Shown: one piece after another, positions 37,681 through 46,970 of the stretch
Layout of the letters: every line of letters begins with the position of its first letter
Numbering within the stretch: position 1 is the stretch's first letter
Origin: an uncultured Acidobacteriota bacterium
Lineage (GTDB): Bacteria; Acidobacteriota; Vicinamibacteria; Vicinamibacterales; CAVVIG01
Assembly (NCBI GenBank): GCA_963807925.1
Contig: CAWEDP010000002.1
Span: forward strand, 1,404,950 to 1,468,949
Direction: 5' to 3'
Length of the DNA: 64,000 nucleotides
Made by a program: the position numbers and the translations under genes
The notes under the pieces: model-generated
The model's input: only the letters and a program-made list of their open reading frames with translations
What the model was told of the DNA's origin: nothing
Databases searched by the model: none

Positions 37681-38529
37681 TCAGCCACGCGCGTCGCCCG
37701 CCGGCACCGGAGTCACCGCGTCGGAAGCCGGCGCGGCGGCCGCGATCTCGTCGAACAGGCGGGAGATTTGGGAGACCGCGTCCGGCTGCTCGACGAGCAC
37801 CGCCACCTCGCGCCTGAAATCCAGACTGAGCGCGCCGAGCGCCAGCGCCCCCACGACGGCCGCGCGATCGTCGACGAGCAGGAACTTGCCGTGCAGTTTC
37901 AGGGCGCCGACGCGTTTGCTCGAATAGATGTCGACCCGGACGCCGGCGGCGCGCCTGACGGCCAGCCGGGCCGAAATCGCCGGGTCGCTCAGCTTCGCGT
38001 CGGCGAGGCGGATGCGCGTGCGCGCGCCGTCGATGAGCGCCGTGAACTGCGCTCGGGCCCGCTCCGGTCCGACGATCAGCCGTTGGCTGAGTGGGTCGGG
38101 CAGCGGGCGGCCGTCGCGATCCGCCGCAAAGAGCGCTTGCAGTCCGGTCACGACACCGGGATCGCCGGTGATGACCAGCGCATCGATCGTCGAGGTCAGG
38201 CACTTCCTCGTGAAGTTCAGCGACGCCACGACCGCCGGGCCGTCGTCTGCGACCAGATACTTCGCGTGGTACTTGACGACGGGATCGCTGTAGACGTGCA
38301 CGGTTGCTCCGGCGGCCGCAAGCGCCGCGCCGAGCTTCTCGAGCCTGCGGCGGCCGCCCTTGGCGCGGGCCGTCACGAGCGCATCGACCGCCACACCACG
38401 CGCCGTCGCCCGCGCGAGCTCGTCAAGAATCGGCGCGTCGTTGCACCGGAACAGCGACAGGACGATGCGTTCGCGGGCCGAGCGAATCACGTCGAGGACG
38501 GCGGGGCGGCGATCGTCGATCGCCGTCAC
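37681..38529 (-). CDS. Phospholipase D superfamily protein with two HKD motifs
   Basis: YHAKYLVAD…SLNF; LHGKFLLVD…RREVAV. Confidence 0.88.
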   Translation of the reverse strand: MTAIDDRRPAVLDVIRSARERIVLSLFRCNDAPILDELARATARGVAVDALVTARAKGGRRRLEKLGAALAAAGATVHVYSDPVVKYHAKYLVADDGPAVVASLNFTRKCLTSTIDALVITGDPGVVTGLQALFAADRDGRPLPDPLSQRLIVGPERARAQFTALIDGARTRIRLADAKLSDPAISARLAVRRAAGVRVDIYSSKRVGALKLHGKFLLVDDRAAVVGALALGALSLDFRREVAVLVEQPDAVSQISRLFDEIAAAAPASDAVTPVPAGDARG

Positions 38530-38643
38530 GATCCGGTCGGGAGCCGCCTGCGGTGCCGTGAGTTGCGGAGTGCGAGCGATGGGCCTCTTATACCAGCAAG
38601 CGGGCCGCGCCGCAACGCGGGTGGGGATCGCGCGTGATCGGGC

Positions 38644-38689
38644 TTGACACCGGCCGCGGATCTTGTGCTATAAATTTAGCACTGTGCTA
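38644..38689 (+). promoter_or_regulatory. Sigma-70 promoter and candidate BlaI operator
   Basis: TTGACA (38644-49), TGcTATAAA (38666-74), perfect palindrome TAGCAC-T-GTGCTA (38677-89), extra half-site GTGCTA at 38665-70. Confidence 0.6.
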
Positions 38690-38703
38690 GGTGTGTAACA
38701 TCT

Positions 38704-39096
38704 ATGAGCCGACCTCTTCACGCGGCCCTCACCCGGCGCGAACGCCAGATCATGGACATTCTCTACCGCCTCGGGCGCGCCACGGCCGGCGACGTCATGG
38801 CGGCACTGGCGGGGAGTCCGAACTACTCGACCGTCCGCACCCAGTTGCGGATCCTCGAGCAGAAGGGCCACGTGCGGCACGAAGAGGAGGGCCTGCGCTA
38901 CGTCTACGTGCCGGTGCTGCCGCGGCGTGCCGCCCGCAAGTCGGCCCTCCGCCATCTCGTCGACACCTTCTTCGATGGCTCCGCCGAGCAGGTCGTCGCC
39001 GCGCTGCTCGGCGGCGAGGGCGCCCGCCTGTCCAAGGAGGAGCTCGATCGCATCGCCGCGCTGGTGGCCGACGCCAGAAAGGAAGAATCGCGATGA
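38704..39096 (+). CDS. BlaI/MecI/CopY family repressor
   Basis: LTRRERQIMDIL, YSTVRTQLRILEQKG, FFDGS. Confidence 0.93.
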   Translation: MSRPLHAALTRRERQIMDILYRLGRATAGDVMAALAGSPNYSTVRTQLRILEQKGHVRHEEEGLRYVYVPVLPRRAARKSALRHLVDTFFDGSAEQVVAALLGGEGARLSKEELDRIAALVADARKEESR

Positions 39097-40871
39097 TCAC
39101 CCTGCTGGACGCGACGCTCCAGACCTCCGCCGGGCTGCTGATCGCCATCCTGCTGACGACCTTCTTCAGCCGCGCGTCGGCCGCGGTGCGACATCGCGTT
39201 CTGGCGGCCGCCGTCATCGGCACGATCGCCGCGGTGTCGCTGCAGGTGGTCGTGCCGCCCGCGCGGAGGCGGTCGATTGCCGGATGGACGCTGCCCCGCG
39301 CCGGCGCGGAGGCCGCCGACGGGTCGGTCGAGCTCTCCGACAGCCCCGGGATCACGGCGGCCGCGGCCGCACGCGTGGACCAGGCACGCGCAGCCTCCGC
39401 CAGGTGGTGGCTGGTCGCCCTGTGGCTCATCGGCGCCGCGGTGAACGCCGCGGCGCTCGCGGCCGGGCTGACGCGGCTGAGGTGGCTGACCGTGCGCGGC
39501 GGTACGCCGCCCACGGCGTGGATCGCCGCCGCGGCCGACGTTTCCTGGGACTACGGCCTGCTCCGGCCCGTTCGCCTGGTGCAGAGCGACCATCCGACGC
39601 TGATTGTCACGTGGGGCTGGCGGCGGCCGGTCGTCATCCTGCCGCAGCATGCGGACGACTGGCCGGCCGACCGCATGCGCGTGGTCCTGCGCCACGAGCT
39701 GGCGCACATCCGTCGCGGCGACTGGCCCGTGCAAATGACCGCGGAACTCCTGCGCGCCGTGCAGTGGTTCAATCCGCTCCCATGGCTCGCCTGCCGGCGC
39801 CTGCGCCGCGAAAGCGAGTATGCCTGCGACGATGTCGTGATCGGCGCCGGCATCGGCAGCTCGGAGTACGCGACGCACCTGCTGGACCTCGCGCGCTCCG
39901 CGGCGCGCCACAGCCCGCCGTGGGCTCCCGCGCTCGCGATCGCGCGCCCGTCTTCGCTCGAAAGGAGAATCCGCGCCATGCTGACCGCCGATCTCAATCG
40001 CCGTCCTCTCTCCAAACGCGGCGGCCTGCTCGCCTCCGTCGCGTGCCTCGCCGTGACGATGCCGGTCGCGGCCTTCACCACGGCGCCGCCGCCTGTGGCT
40101 CCGACGCCGCACAGCGTCGTGCCTCCGGTGACACTCGTGCGCGTGAGCGTCCTGGACCGTCGGCCATCAATCAGTGCGCGCCGTGCCGGCGCCGTCTCTG
40201 GCGCGACCTTGACGCAATCGGCGTTCGCGTCGTTCGCCGGCACGCTGTTCGATCCGTTCGGCGGCCTGCTCCCGGGCGTGACGGTGACGCTCGTCAACTC
40301 GGAGACGCACGCAAAACAGGAAGTGCACAGCGACCAGAACGGGCGGTTCGAGTTTGTCGGGCTGCCCGCAGGGACCTACACGCTCTCGAGCACACTCCTG
40401 GGATTCAAGTCGCTGAGCGAGGCGGTGACCTTCGGGCCCGGCGAGGCGGCGCAACGCGATATCACGCTGTCGATCGGCTCCATTTCGGAAACGCTGACGG
40501 TGACCGACCACGACAACTATCCGGCCGACCACGGCACCCAGCGGTCGGGCCGGCAGGCGCGGACCTGCAGCGCGCCTGTCGCCGGCGGCATCGGCGGCAA
40601 TATCAAGCCGCCGAGCCGGCTGATCGACGTCCGGCCGATCTATCCGGCGACCGCGCGGGACGACAAGATCGAAGGCACGGTCATCGTCGGCGGTCGCATC
40701 GACACGACCGGCTTCGTCACCGATCTCCACGTCCTCAGAACGCCGAGCGCCGACCTCGGCGACGCGGCCGTCCAGGCGATCAGCCAATGGCAGTTCGAGG
40801 CGACACAGCTGAACTGCGTGCCGATCGACACGGCGATGACAGTCGTCGTCAATTTCCAGCTGGCGAAGTGA
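39093..40871 (+). CDS. BlaR1-like M56 metallopeptidase fused to carboxypeptidase-regulatory-like and TonB C-terminal domains
   Basis: HELAHIRRGD, WFNPL, ESEYACDD, LERRI; DPFGGLLPGVTVTL; RPIYP…IEGTV…QWQF; ATGA overlap with blaI. Confidence 0.9.
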   Translation: MITLLDATLQTSAGLLIAILLTTFFSRASAAVRHRVLAAAVIGTIAAVSLQVVVPPARRRSIAGWTLPRAGAEAADGSVELSDSPGITAAAAARVDQARAASARWWLVALWLIGAAVNAAALAAGLTRLRWLTVRGGTPPTAWIAAAADVSWDYGLLRPVRLVQSDHPTLIVTWGWRRPVVILPQHADDWPADRMRVVLRHELAHIRRGDWPVQMTAELLRAVQWFNPLPWLACRRLRRESEYACDDVVIGAGIGSSEYATHLLDLARSAARHSPPWAPALAIARPSSLERRIRAMLTADLNRRPLSKRGGLLASVACLAVTMPVAAFTTAPPPVAPTPHSVVPPVTLVRVSVLDRRPSISARRAGAVSGATLTQSAFASFAGTLFDPFGGLLPGVTVTLVNSETHAKQEVHSDQNGRFEFVGLPAGTYTLSSTLLGFKSLSEAVTFGPGEAAQRDITLSIGSISETLTVTDHDNYPADHGTQRSGRQARTCSAPVAGGIGGNIKPPSRLIDVRPIYPATARDDKIEGTVIVGGRIDTTGFVTDLHVLRTPSADLGDAAVQAISQWQFEATQLNCVPIDTAMTVVVNFQLAK

Positions 40872-40899
40872 CGGAACGATTCGCGTCTAAAATGACGCC

Positions 40900-42672
40900 G
40901 TGAATCTCGCCCGTCTCGCGGTGGTGGCCCTCGTCGCCCAGACGCCGACGGCCCCGCCGCCGCCCTCGGCGACGGTCACAGGGCTCGTCGTGCTGTCCAA
41001 CACCAGACAGCCGGTCGCCGGGGCGTCGGTGCAGCTGTTTCGCGCCGGGGCGCGCGACGCGTCCGGGCGCCAGCCGCCGCAAGGACAGGGCGACGGTCCG
41101 GGCGGGCCAGCCGGGCCGCGCCCGGAGGACCTCGCGCGATACTCGGCTCGAACCGCACAGGACGGCCGGTTCGTCTTCGACCACGTCGCGCCCGGCACCT
41201 ATCGGCTCGTCGCCTTGCACAGCGGCGCGTACGTCCCGGGCGAATTCGCGCAGCGTTCCGCGACCAGTGTAGGCATCCCGCTCGACCTCGCCCCCGGCGA
41301 GCGCCTGGACAACGTTCAGCTCACGCTGACGCCGACCGCATCGATTTCCGGCCGCGTGTACGGCCGCGAGGGCCCGGTCGGCAGGATTCAGGTGCAGGCG
41401 CTTCGACCTGTCTACCGGAACGGCGTGCGCTCGCTTACGATTGTGCAGTCGGTGCAGACCAACGATCGCGGGGAATATCGCCTGTTCTGGCTCCCGCCCG
41501 GTGCGTACCACGTGACGGCGCGGCCGTTCAACGACGGCATGATCAGCGGCGTCAGCATCGTCGAGCCGAGCCGAACCGGCACGTTCGAACTGGCGTCGAG
41601 TCCCGTGATCGTCACGCGCGTGCTGCCGACCGGCGAGACGATCGAGGAAACCCAGTTGCCTGTGTACTTCCCGGGCACGACCGATCCGAGCGGGGCTGCG
41701 AGAATCGAGCTCACGGCCGGCGCCAGTCTGGACGGATTCGACGTGTCGATCGACGACGCCCCCGTCCGCACCCATCACCTGCGGGGCGCGGTCACGGCAA
41801 ACGGACAGCCCGCCGGTGCGGCGGCGATTCTCGCGATTCCTCGGGACGCCGGACCAAGCCCGACGATTGCCGCCGCGCGCACCAACCCCGACGGCTCGTT
41901 CGATGTTCCGGGCGTGCTGCCCGGTTCGTATCTCCTGTTCGCTTCGACCAACAGCGGCACGAGCGGCGCAGTCCCCCTCCAGGTTCCCGACGCCGACGTG
42001 GGCAGCCTCGCCATCTCGCTCATCCCCGGCTTTCGGGTGGCCGGGCGGTTGCTGCTGGACGACCGCGCGCGGGCCAGCGTCTCGGACATCGGCCTGCTGC
42101 GCGCGACGATCACGCGCACCCCAGCGCTTCTCGGCATGCCCGAGGGCGGTCCCACGTTCGCGCCGCCACCGTCAGCCGACGGATCGTTCGTGCTCGAGGG
42201 CGTGCCGCCGGGCGACTTCCAGGTGACCGTCCGCGGCCTTCCGCCGGGCGCCTACCTCAAATCGATTCGACTGGGCGCCGCTGACGTCCTCGAAACCGGG
42301 CTTCACGTGGCGGGGCCGCCGCGCGATCTGCTCGAGATCGTCATCGCGGCCGGCGGGACGGTGTCCGGCGCAGTCGTGGACGGAAGACAGGATCCGGTGG
42401 TAAACAGCCGGGTGGTGCTCGTGCCTGACGCGTCGCTCCGTCACCGCGCCGACCTGTACAGGACCGGACTGACCGATCGATCCGGACGGTTTCGCCTGGA
42501 AGGGGTGGCAGAGGGAACCTATACGGCTCTCGCATGGGACGATGTCGAAGACGGCGCGTGGCAGGATCCCGACTTCGTCAGGCCGTTCGAGAGTCGGGCC
42601 GCGACCGTGCGCGTGCGCGACGCCGCCGATCAGACGATCCAGTTGACCGTCATCTCCGCAGGACAACGATGA
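40900..42672 (+). CDS. Secreted multi-carboxypeptidase-regulatory-like domain protein
   Basis: Repeated DGRFVF..V.PG.Y; TNDRGEYRLFWLPPG; PVYFPGT; AWDDVEDGAWQDPDF. Confidence 0.85.
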   Translation: MNLARLAVVALVAQTPTAPPPPSATVTGLVVLSNTRQPVAGASVQLFRAGARDASGRQPPQGQGDGPGGPAGPRPEDLARYSARTAQDGRFVFDHVAPGTYRLVALHSGAYVPGEFAQRSATSVGIPLDLAPGERLDNVQLTLTPTASISGRVYGREGPVGRIQVQALRPVYRNGVRSLTIVQSVQTNDRGEYRLFWLPPGAYHVTARPFNDGMISGVSIVEPSRTGTFELASSPVIVTRVLPTGETIEETQLPVYFPGTTDPSGAARIELTAGASLDGFDVSIDDAPVRTHHLRGAVTANGQPAGAAAILAIPRDAGPSPTIAAARTNPDGSFDVPGVLPGSYLLFASTNSGTSGAVPLQVPDADVGSLAISLIPGFRVAGRLLLDDRARASVSDIGLLRATITRTPALLGMPEGGPTFAPPPSADGSFVLEGVPPGDFQVTVRGLPPGAYLKSIRLGAADVLETGLHVAGPPRDLLEIVIAAGGTVSGAVVDGRQDPVVNSRVVLVPDASLRHRADLYRTGLTDRSGRFRLEGVAEGTYTALAWDDVEDGAWQDPDFVRPFESRAATVRVRDAADQTIQLTVISAGQR

Positions 42673-44444
42673 AGCTGTTGTTCCTGCTCCTGCTGGCTCT
42701 CGCGCAGAACGCGCCGTCGCAGGCAGCATCGGGCGCAATCGACGGCCGGCTCGTGACGGCCGACGGCGCACCGCTGTCGCGCGCCGCCGTCGAACTTCGG
42801 AACGACAGCCCACCTGCCCCGCCGCCGCCGGGGCTGCCGTCAGGCTTCATCCTCGCGCCCGCGCCTCTCCTGACGACAACGACGGATGCCGGCGGCCGCT
42901 TCGTGTTTCCACGTGTCAGCCCGGGCCGTTACCAGCTCGTCACCACGCACCCGGGCTTCGTCCACGGACCGACGGCGGTCACGGTGGCGTCCGGACAGCG
43001 CGTCGCGGTAGAGGTCACGATGACCGGAACGGGCGCGATCTCGGGACGGGTGTACGCGCCGACCGGTGAGCCGATCGGCAACGTCGGCGTCGAAGCGCTG
43101 ACGATCGTCTACCGCAACGGCCGCCGCGCGCTGATGCCCGCCCAGTCGGTCCGCACCGACGATCGCGGCGAATACCGCCTGTTCTGGCTGGCACCGGGCA
43201 AGTACCTTGTACGTGCCACCCATCCCGAGAGCGAGACGATGCTCGTCGGCGTGATGGCGGGCCGGGGCATGCGGAGTGGCTCCGGTATCGCCATTTCGGG
43301 TTCCGGAGGTCCCGGCGCGAACGGCAACATCTTCGCGATCAGAGGCACGGGCGACGCCACGCTCTTCGATGCGCTTCCGCCCGCCGATGCCGGGTCGCGG
43401 GCGGATCGGTACGTTCCCGTCTACTACCCCGCCACACTCGACGACGAGAGCGCAGCGGTGCTGGAAGTGCGCGCGGCGGGCGAGTTGAGCGGAATCGACA
43501 TTCCCATTGCTGCCGTCCGCGCCCGTCACGTCCGGGGCGCGGTGATCGACGGAACGACGGGGCAGGTGGCGCAGTACGCCGGGCTGCGCGAACTGCGAGC
43601 CGATGGGATGGGCGGGCCGGGCGGCGCGATGGGTCTGTCCGGTAACGGCGAGTCGCCGATCGATCCGAGCGGGTCGTTCGACGTGACGCTGCTGCCCGGA
43701 CGGCATACGCTCGTCGGGACCGCCGGCAGCGGCACCGGCTACCTCACCGTCGTCGTGGGCGACGCCGACCTCGAGGGGGTTCGCATCGTGGCGATGCCGG
43801 AATTCGACGTGCCCGGGCGCCTGCGGATCGACGGATCGATCGCCCCGCAGGATGTGGCACGTCTCCGCATCATGCTGTTGCGCGATCTGCCGGTGCTGGC
43901 GCCGCAGCAGTCCTACAGTGTGCCGCGCGCCGATGGGTCGTTCGTGCTCGCGGCGACCGCGGGGAATTACCGCGTCGCGGTGGCGCCGCTGCTGACGCTC
44001 GGCGTCTGGATGCCGGGGCCACTCGGCGCGTCGGCAGGCCTCGCCGGCGCCTTCGTCCAGGCCATCCGGCTCGGCGGCGTGGACGTGCTGAACGACGGTG
44101 TCCACCTCGAGGGCCGCCCCGGCGACGCGCTGGAGATCGTCATCAGCACTCGCGGCGGCACGGTCGAAGGGTCAGTCCTTCCCGCAGCGGCAGGCGTCAC
44201 GGTCGTGATGGTTCCCGACGTCCGGCACCGGTTCGATCTCTTCCGGACGACGACGAGCGATGGGACGGGCCGATTCCGCTTCGAGGCGATGCCACCGGGC
44301 GACTACCGGATCTTCGCGTGGGAGAATGTGGACGACGGCGCGTGGCAGGACGCCGAGTTCCTGCGGGCGTTCGACGATCGCGGGACGGCCGTACGGGTAC
44401 TGGCCGGCGCCAGCGTGACGGCGCGCGTCAGCGTGGCGCGCTGA
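42669..44444 (+). CDS. Secreted multi-carboxypeptidase-regulatory-like domain protein (tandem paralog)
   Basis: ATGA overlap; MKLLFLLLL signal; TDDRGEYRLFWLAPG; PVYYP; AWENVDDGAWQDAEF. Confidence 0.85.
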   Translation: MKLLFLLLLALAQNAPSQAASGAIDGRLVTADGAPLSRAAVELRNDSPPAPPPPGLPSGFILAPAPLLTTTTDAGGRFVFPRVSPGRYQLVTTHPGFVHGPTAVTVASGQRVAVEVTMTGTGAISGRVYAPTGEPIGNVGVEALTIVYRNGRRALMPAQSVRTDDRGEYRLFWLAPGKYLVRATHPESETMLVGVMAGRGMRSGSGIAISGSGGPGANGNIFAIRGTGDATLFDALPPADAGSRADRYVPVYYPATLDDESAAVLEVRAAGELSGIDIPIAAVRARHVRGAVIDGTTGQVAQYAGLRELRADGMGGPGGAMGLSGNGESPIDPSGSFDVTLLPGRHTLVGTAGSGTGYLTVVVGDADLEGVRIVAMPEFDVPGRLRIDGSIAPQDVARLRIMLLRDLPVLAPQQSYSVPRADGSFVLAATAGNYRVAVAPLLTLGVWMPGPLGASAGLAGAFVQAIRLGGVDVLNDGVHLEGRPGDALEIVISTRGGTVEGSVLPAAAGVTVVMVPDVRHRFDLFRTTTSDGTGRFRFEAMPPGDYRIFAWENVDDGAWQDAEFLRAFDDRGTAVRVLAGASVTARVSVAR

Positions 44445-45099
44445 GGTCGGGAGGGGCGGTGCCGTTGAGGCGCGCGATCGAAGCGACGTGCTGCGCGGCG
44501 AACACGTGCGAATGCTGCGCGCAAATCCGCAGGAACGATCCGGTTTCGGCGTCGTTGAACGCGGTAATCGGATAGGCGCAGCAGAGGGTGAACGCGCATT
44601 GCTGCGCGAGGCGGTTCCACAGTTCCTCGAGGCGGATGGCCGAGTCGGGGTTTCCGTACGCCCAGAGCAAGGCCACCATTTCGCCGAACGCCATCACGCG
44701 CCGACCGGTCGGCCGCCAGCGCTCCGTGATTCCCAGCAGCTTCGCCCCGAGCGTTTCCCGAAACAGCCGCGCGTCGAGCCGGCCGTCGCGCATGAACCGG
44801 CCGAGGGTCGCGGCCGCGTCGAGCATGACGAACGCGCCGCTGGTCTGGGGAATCGAGAGGTTCATGCCACGACGCTTCAGCGCCCCCGTGAGGGCCTCGC
44901 GGTGCGGCCTGGTCGCAATCACGATGGCGACGTCCCCCGAGACGAGGGCGGTCCCGACGTATCGCGTGAGCAGCTCGATCAGATGCCGGTCTTCCGCATA
45001 GAACTGAACGGCGTGTTCACGCTCGCCGATGCCGGACCAGCCGCGCAGATCCACCGACGGCGCAGCCGACGCTTTGTTCCGATGGCGTCTCGTCGTCAT
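44428..45099 (-). CDS. Stand-alone MEDS domain protein
   Basis: EHAVQFY, IATRPHR, FGEMVALLW, LEELWN, LCCAYP, ICAQHSHV. Confidence 0.85.
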   Translation of the reverse strand: MTTRRHRNKASAAPSVDLRGWSGIGEREHAVQFYAEDRHLIELLTRYVGTALVSGDVAIVIATRPHREALTGALKRRGMNLSIPQTSGAFVMLDAAATLGRFMRDGRLDARLFRETLGAKLLGITERWRPTGRRVMAFGEMVALLWAYGNPDSAIRLEELWNRLAQQCAFTLCCAYPITAFNDAETGSFLRICAQHSHVFAAQHVASIARLNGTAPPDLSAPR

Positions 45100-45206
45100 C
45101 TGCCGTTGATGATAGCGTAAATGGTCTGTAAAGCGAGCTCGAGCGGGGCTGCAAGAACGCTGTGGTCGAGCTTCGGGCCGACATGCCCGAGCTGCGGGGC
45201 GCGCGA

Positions 45207-45629
45207 TCAGATGAACAGGGCGTCCTCGTCTTCAGACCGGTGCCGCGCGCGCGCCTGGCGGCGCGCCTCGCGCACGACCTCAATGGCGGCGCGCAGCGCG
45301 CTCATCACCGCCTTGCCCTCCCGCGCGGGCGCGACGATGGCGGCCTGCAGGGTCGCCATCGTCTCCTCGACTTTGTGGGCCAGGTCGCTGAAGAGACGCT
45401 CGGCGCGCTCGACCTGCGCGGTGGCCGAGGCGACCGCGCGCGACGCGTCGCGGCCAATCGCGTCCACGTTCGCGAAGGTCGGCTGCAGATCGCGCTCGAC
45501 CTTCTCCACGAGGCGCGCGACCCGGCGCGCCAGCAGGCCGGCGGCGATGAGCACGCCGATCTGAACGATCGCCGTCGCGAGCGTGGCGGCGGCGATCACT
45601 CCCAGGAAGACGTCCGCCCAGAGCGTCAC
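45207..45629 (-). CDS. DUF948-like membrane-anchored coiled-coil protein
   Basis: N-terminal TM, helical body, acidic DEDALFI tail; GTGA overlap with YtxH-like gene. Confidence 0.75.
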   Translation of the reverse strand: MTLWADVFLGVIAAATLATAIVQIGVLIAAGLLARRVARLVEKVERDLQPTFANVDAIGRDASRAVASATAQVERAERLFSDLAHKVEETMATLQAAIVAPAREGKAVMSALRAAIEVVREARRQARARHRSEDEDALFI

Positions 45630-45898
45630 GGGGTCTCCCGCGTCCGCGCCTGCTGATAGGCTTCCCGGCCGCGCTCGATCGCATGGGCCAGCGTCTCGCG
45701 ACCGTCGTTGAACACCTGCCGGCCCTTGTCGGCCAGCACGGTGGCTCTGTCGCGGCCTTCGCGCGCTTTCTTGTCGAGGAACTCGCGTGTTTCGTCGCCG
45801 GTCCCCGGCGCATACAGCAACGCCACCGCGGCGCCCGCGACCGCGCCGACGAAGAACGCCAACAGGACGGTGCCGGCTCCCGCGCCTTCTCTTGCCAT
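45626..45898 (-). CDS. YtxH domain protein
   Basis: FFVGAVAGAAVALLYAPGTGDETR; AGGAGG RBS. Confidence 0.9.
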   Translation of the reverse strand: MAREGAGAGTVLLAFFVGAVAGAAVALLYAPGTGDETREFLDKKAREGRDRATVLADKGRQVFNDGRETLAHAIERGREAYQQARTRETP

Positions 45899-45920
45899 CG
45901 TTCCTCCTGTCTTCTGTTCT

Positions 45921-46961
45921 CTAGAAGATGCTGACCTTGAGATTCAGATACTTCCTCGGATCCTTCTCGATGTTGTTCAGGAGCGTCCGGAGATCGGTGA
46001 CGGCTCCATTCATGTTCTCATATAACTGCTTGTCTTTCAGCAACTGGCCCGCCGTGCCCTGCCCTTCGTTGAGCCGATTCATCATCCGATCGAACTGTGC
46101 GCTGACCTCGTTCAGCCGATTGAACAGCGTCGGATCGGTGACCAGCTTGCCCGCCGTGCCCTCGCCACGGTCGATGCGTCCGACCACGTCGCGCATGCTC
46201 GCCGTGGTCTCCGACAGCGTCCGCGCGAACGTCCCGTCGTTCAGCAACCGGCCGATGCTGCCCTCGCCCGCGTTGATCCGCTCGGTCATGATCCGCAGGT
46301 TGTCGAGCGAGGCTTCGAGCGAGCGGGCGGCCTGAGGATTCTTCAGCAGCCGCCCGATCGTGCCGTCGCCCTGCTGAATCCCGTGCATGACGGCGGCGGC
46401 GGCGGCAGCGAAGTCGCGCAGCTCGACGTACAGCTGATCGTCGGTCACCACCTTGCCGATCGTGCCCTTTCCCGACCGGATGTCCCGCAGCAGCCCGGTC
46501 AGCTCCTGGACGCCCTGACTCGCCTGCTCGGTGACATCGCTCAACGCCGCCCCGGCGGGGGCGGCCGGGACGTAGCCCCAGTCGGGAATCGGCGTCCCCC
46601 GCGTGGCCGGCGAGATGTCGACCGACCCCTGGCCGAGCAGCGAGATCGACCCCACCCTTGCGAGCGAGGCGGTGGTGATGCGGGACTGCTGCTCCCTGTT
46701 CACCTCGAACACCACGTCCACCTGCTGGCCGGCGAACTCCAGCTCGGTGACCTGGCCGACCTCGACGCCCGCCACGCGCACCGGGGCGCCCCTGTTCAGG
46801 CCGGCGACGTTGTCGAATCGGGTCTTCAGGTGGTACCGCTGCCACACGAAGCCGCGGCTGCCGGTGAGCGTGAAGATGGTCGCGGCGGTGATCACGAGGG
46901 CGGCCAGCGTGATCACGCCGATTTTGAGCTCCGACCAGGCGAGCGATCGCGTTCTCGGCAT
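45921..46961 (-). CDS. mlaD: MlaD/MCE family protein
   Basis: N-terminal TM, VAGLNRGAPVRVAGVEVGQV, SLLG, repeated GxGTIGKL helices, DPRKYL. Confidence 0.9.
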   Translation of the reverse strand: MPRTRSLAWSELKIGVITLAALVITAATIFTLTGSRGFVWQRYHLKTRFDNVAGLNRGAPVRVAGVEVGQVTELEFAGQQVDVVFEVNREQQSRITTASLARVGSISLLGQGSVDISPATRGTPIPDWGYVPAAPAGAALSDVTEQASQGVQELTGLLRDIRSGKGTIGKVVTDDQLYVELRDFAAAAAAVMHGIQQGDGTIGRLLKNPQAARSLEASLDNLRIMTERINAGEGSIGRLLNDGTFARTLSETTASMRDVVGRIDRGEGTAGKLVTDPTLFNRLNEVSAQFDRMMNRLNEGQGTAGQLLKDKQLYENMNGAVTDLRTLLNNIEKDPRKYLNLKVSIF

Positions 46962-46970
46962 GACTGCCCC

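Noticed and set aside
37681-38529. PLD nuclease or patatin as anti-phage effectors
   Set aside because: No cyclase, helicase, methylase or other defence genes nearby; the context is metabolic or housekeeping
38676-38690. CIRCE/HrcA element (TTAGCAC…GTGCTA)
   Set aside because: Half-sites are 1 nt apart instead of the CIRCE spacing, and it precedes blaI rather than chaperone genes
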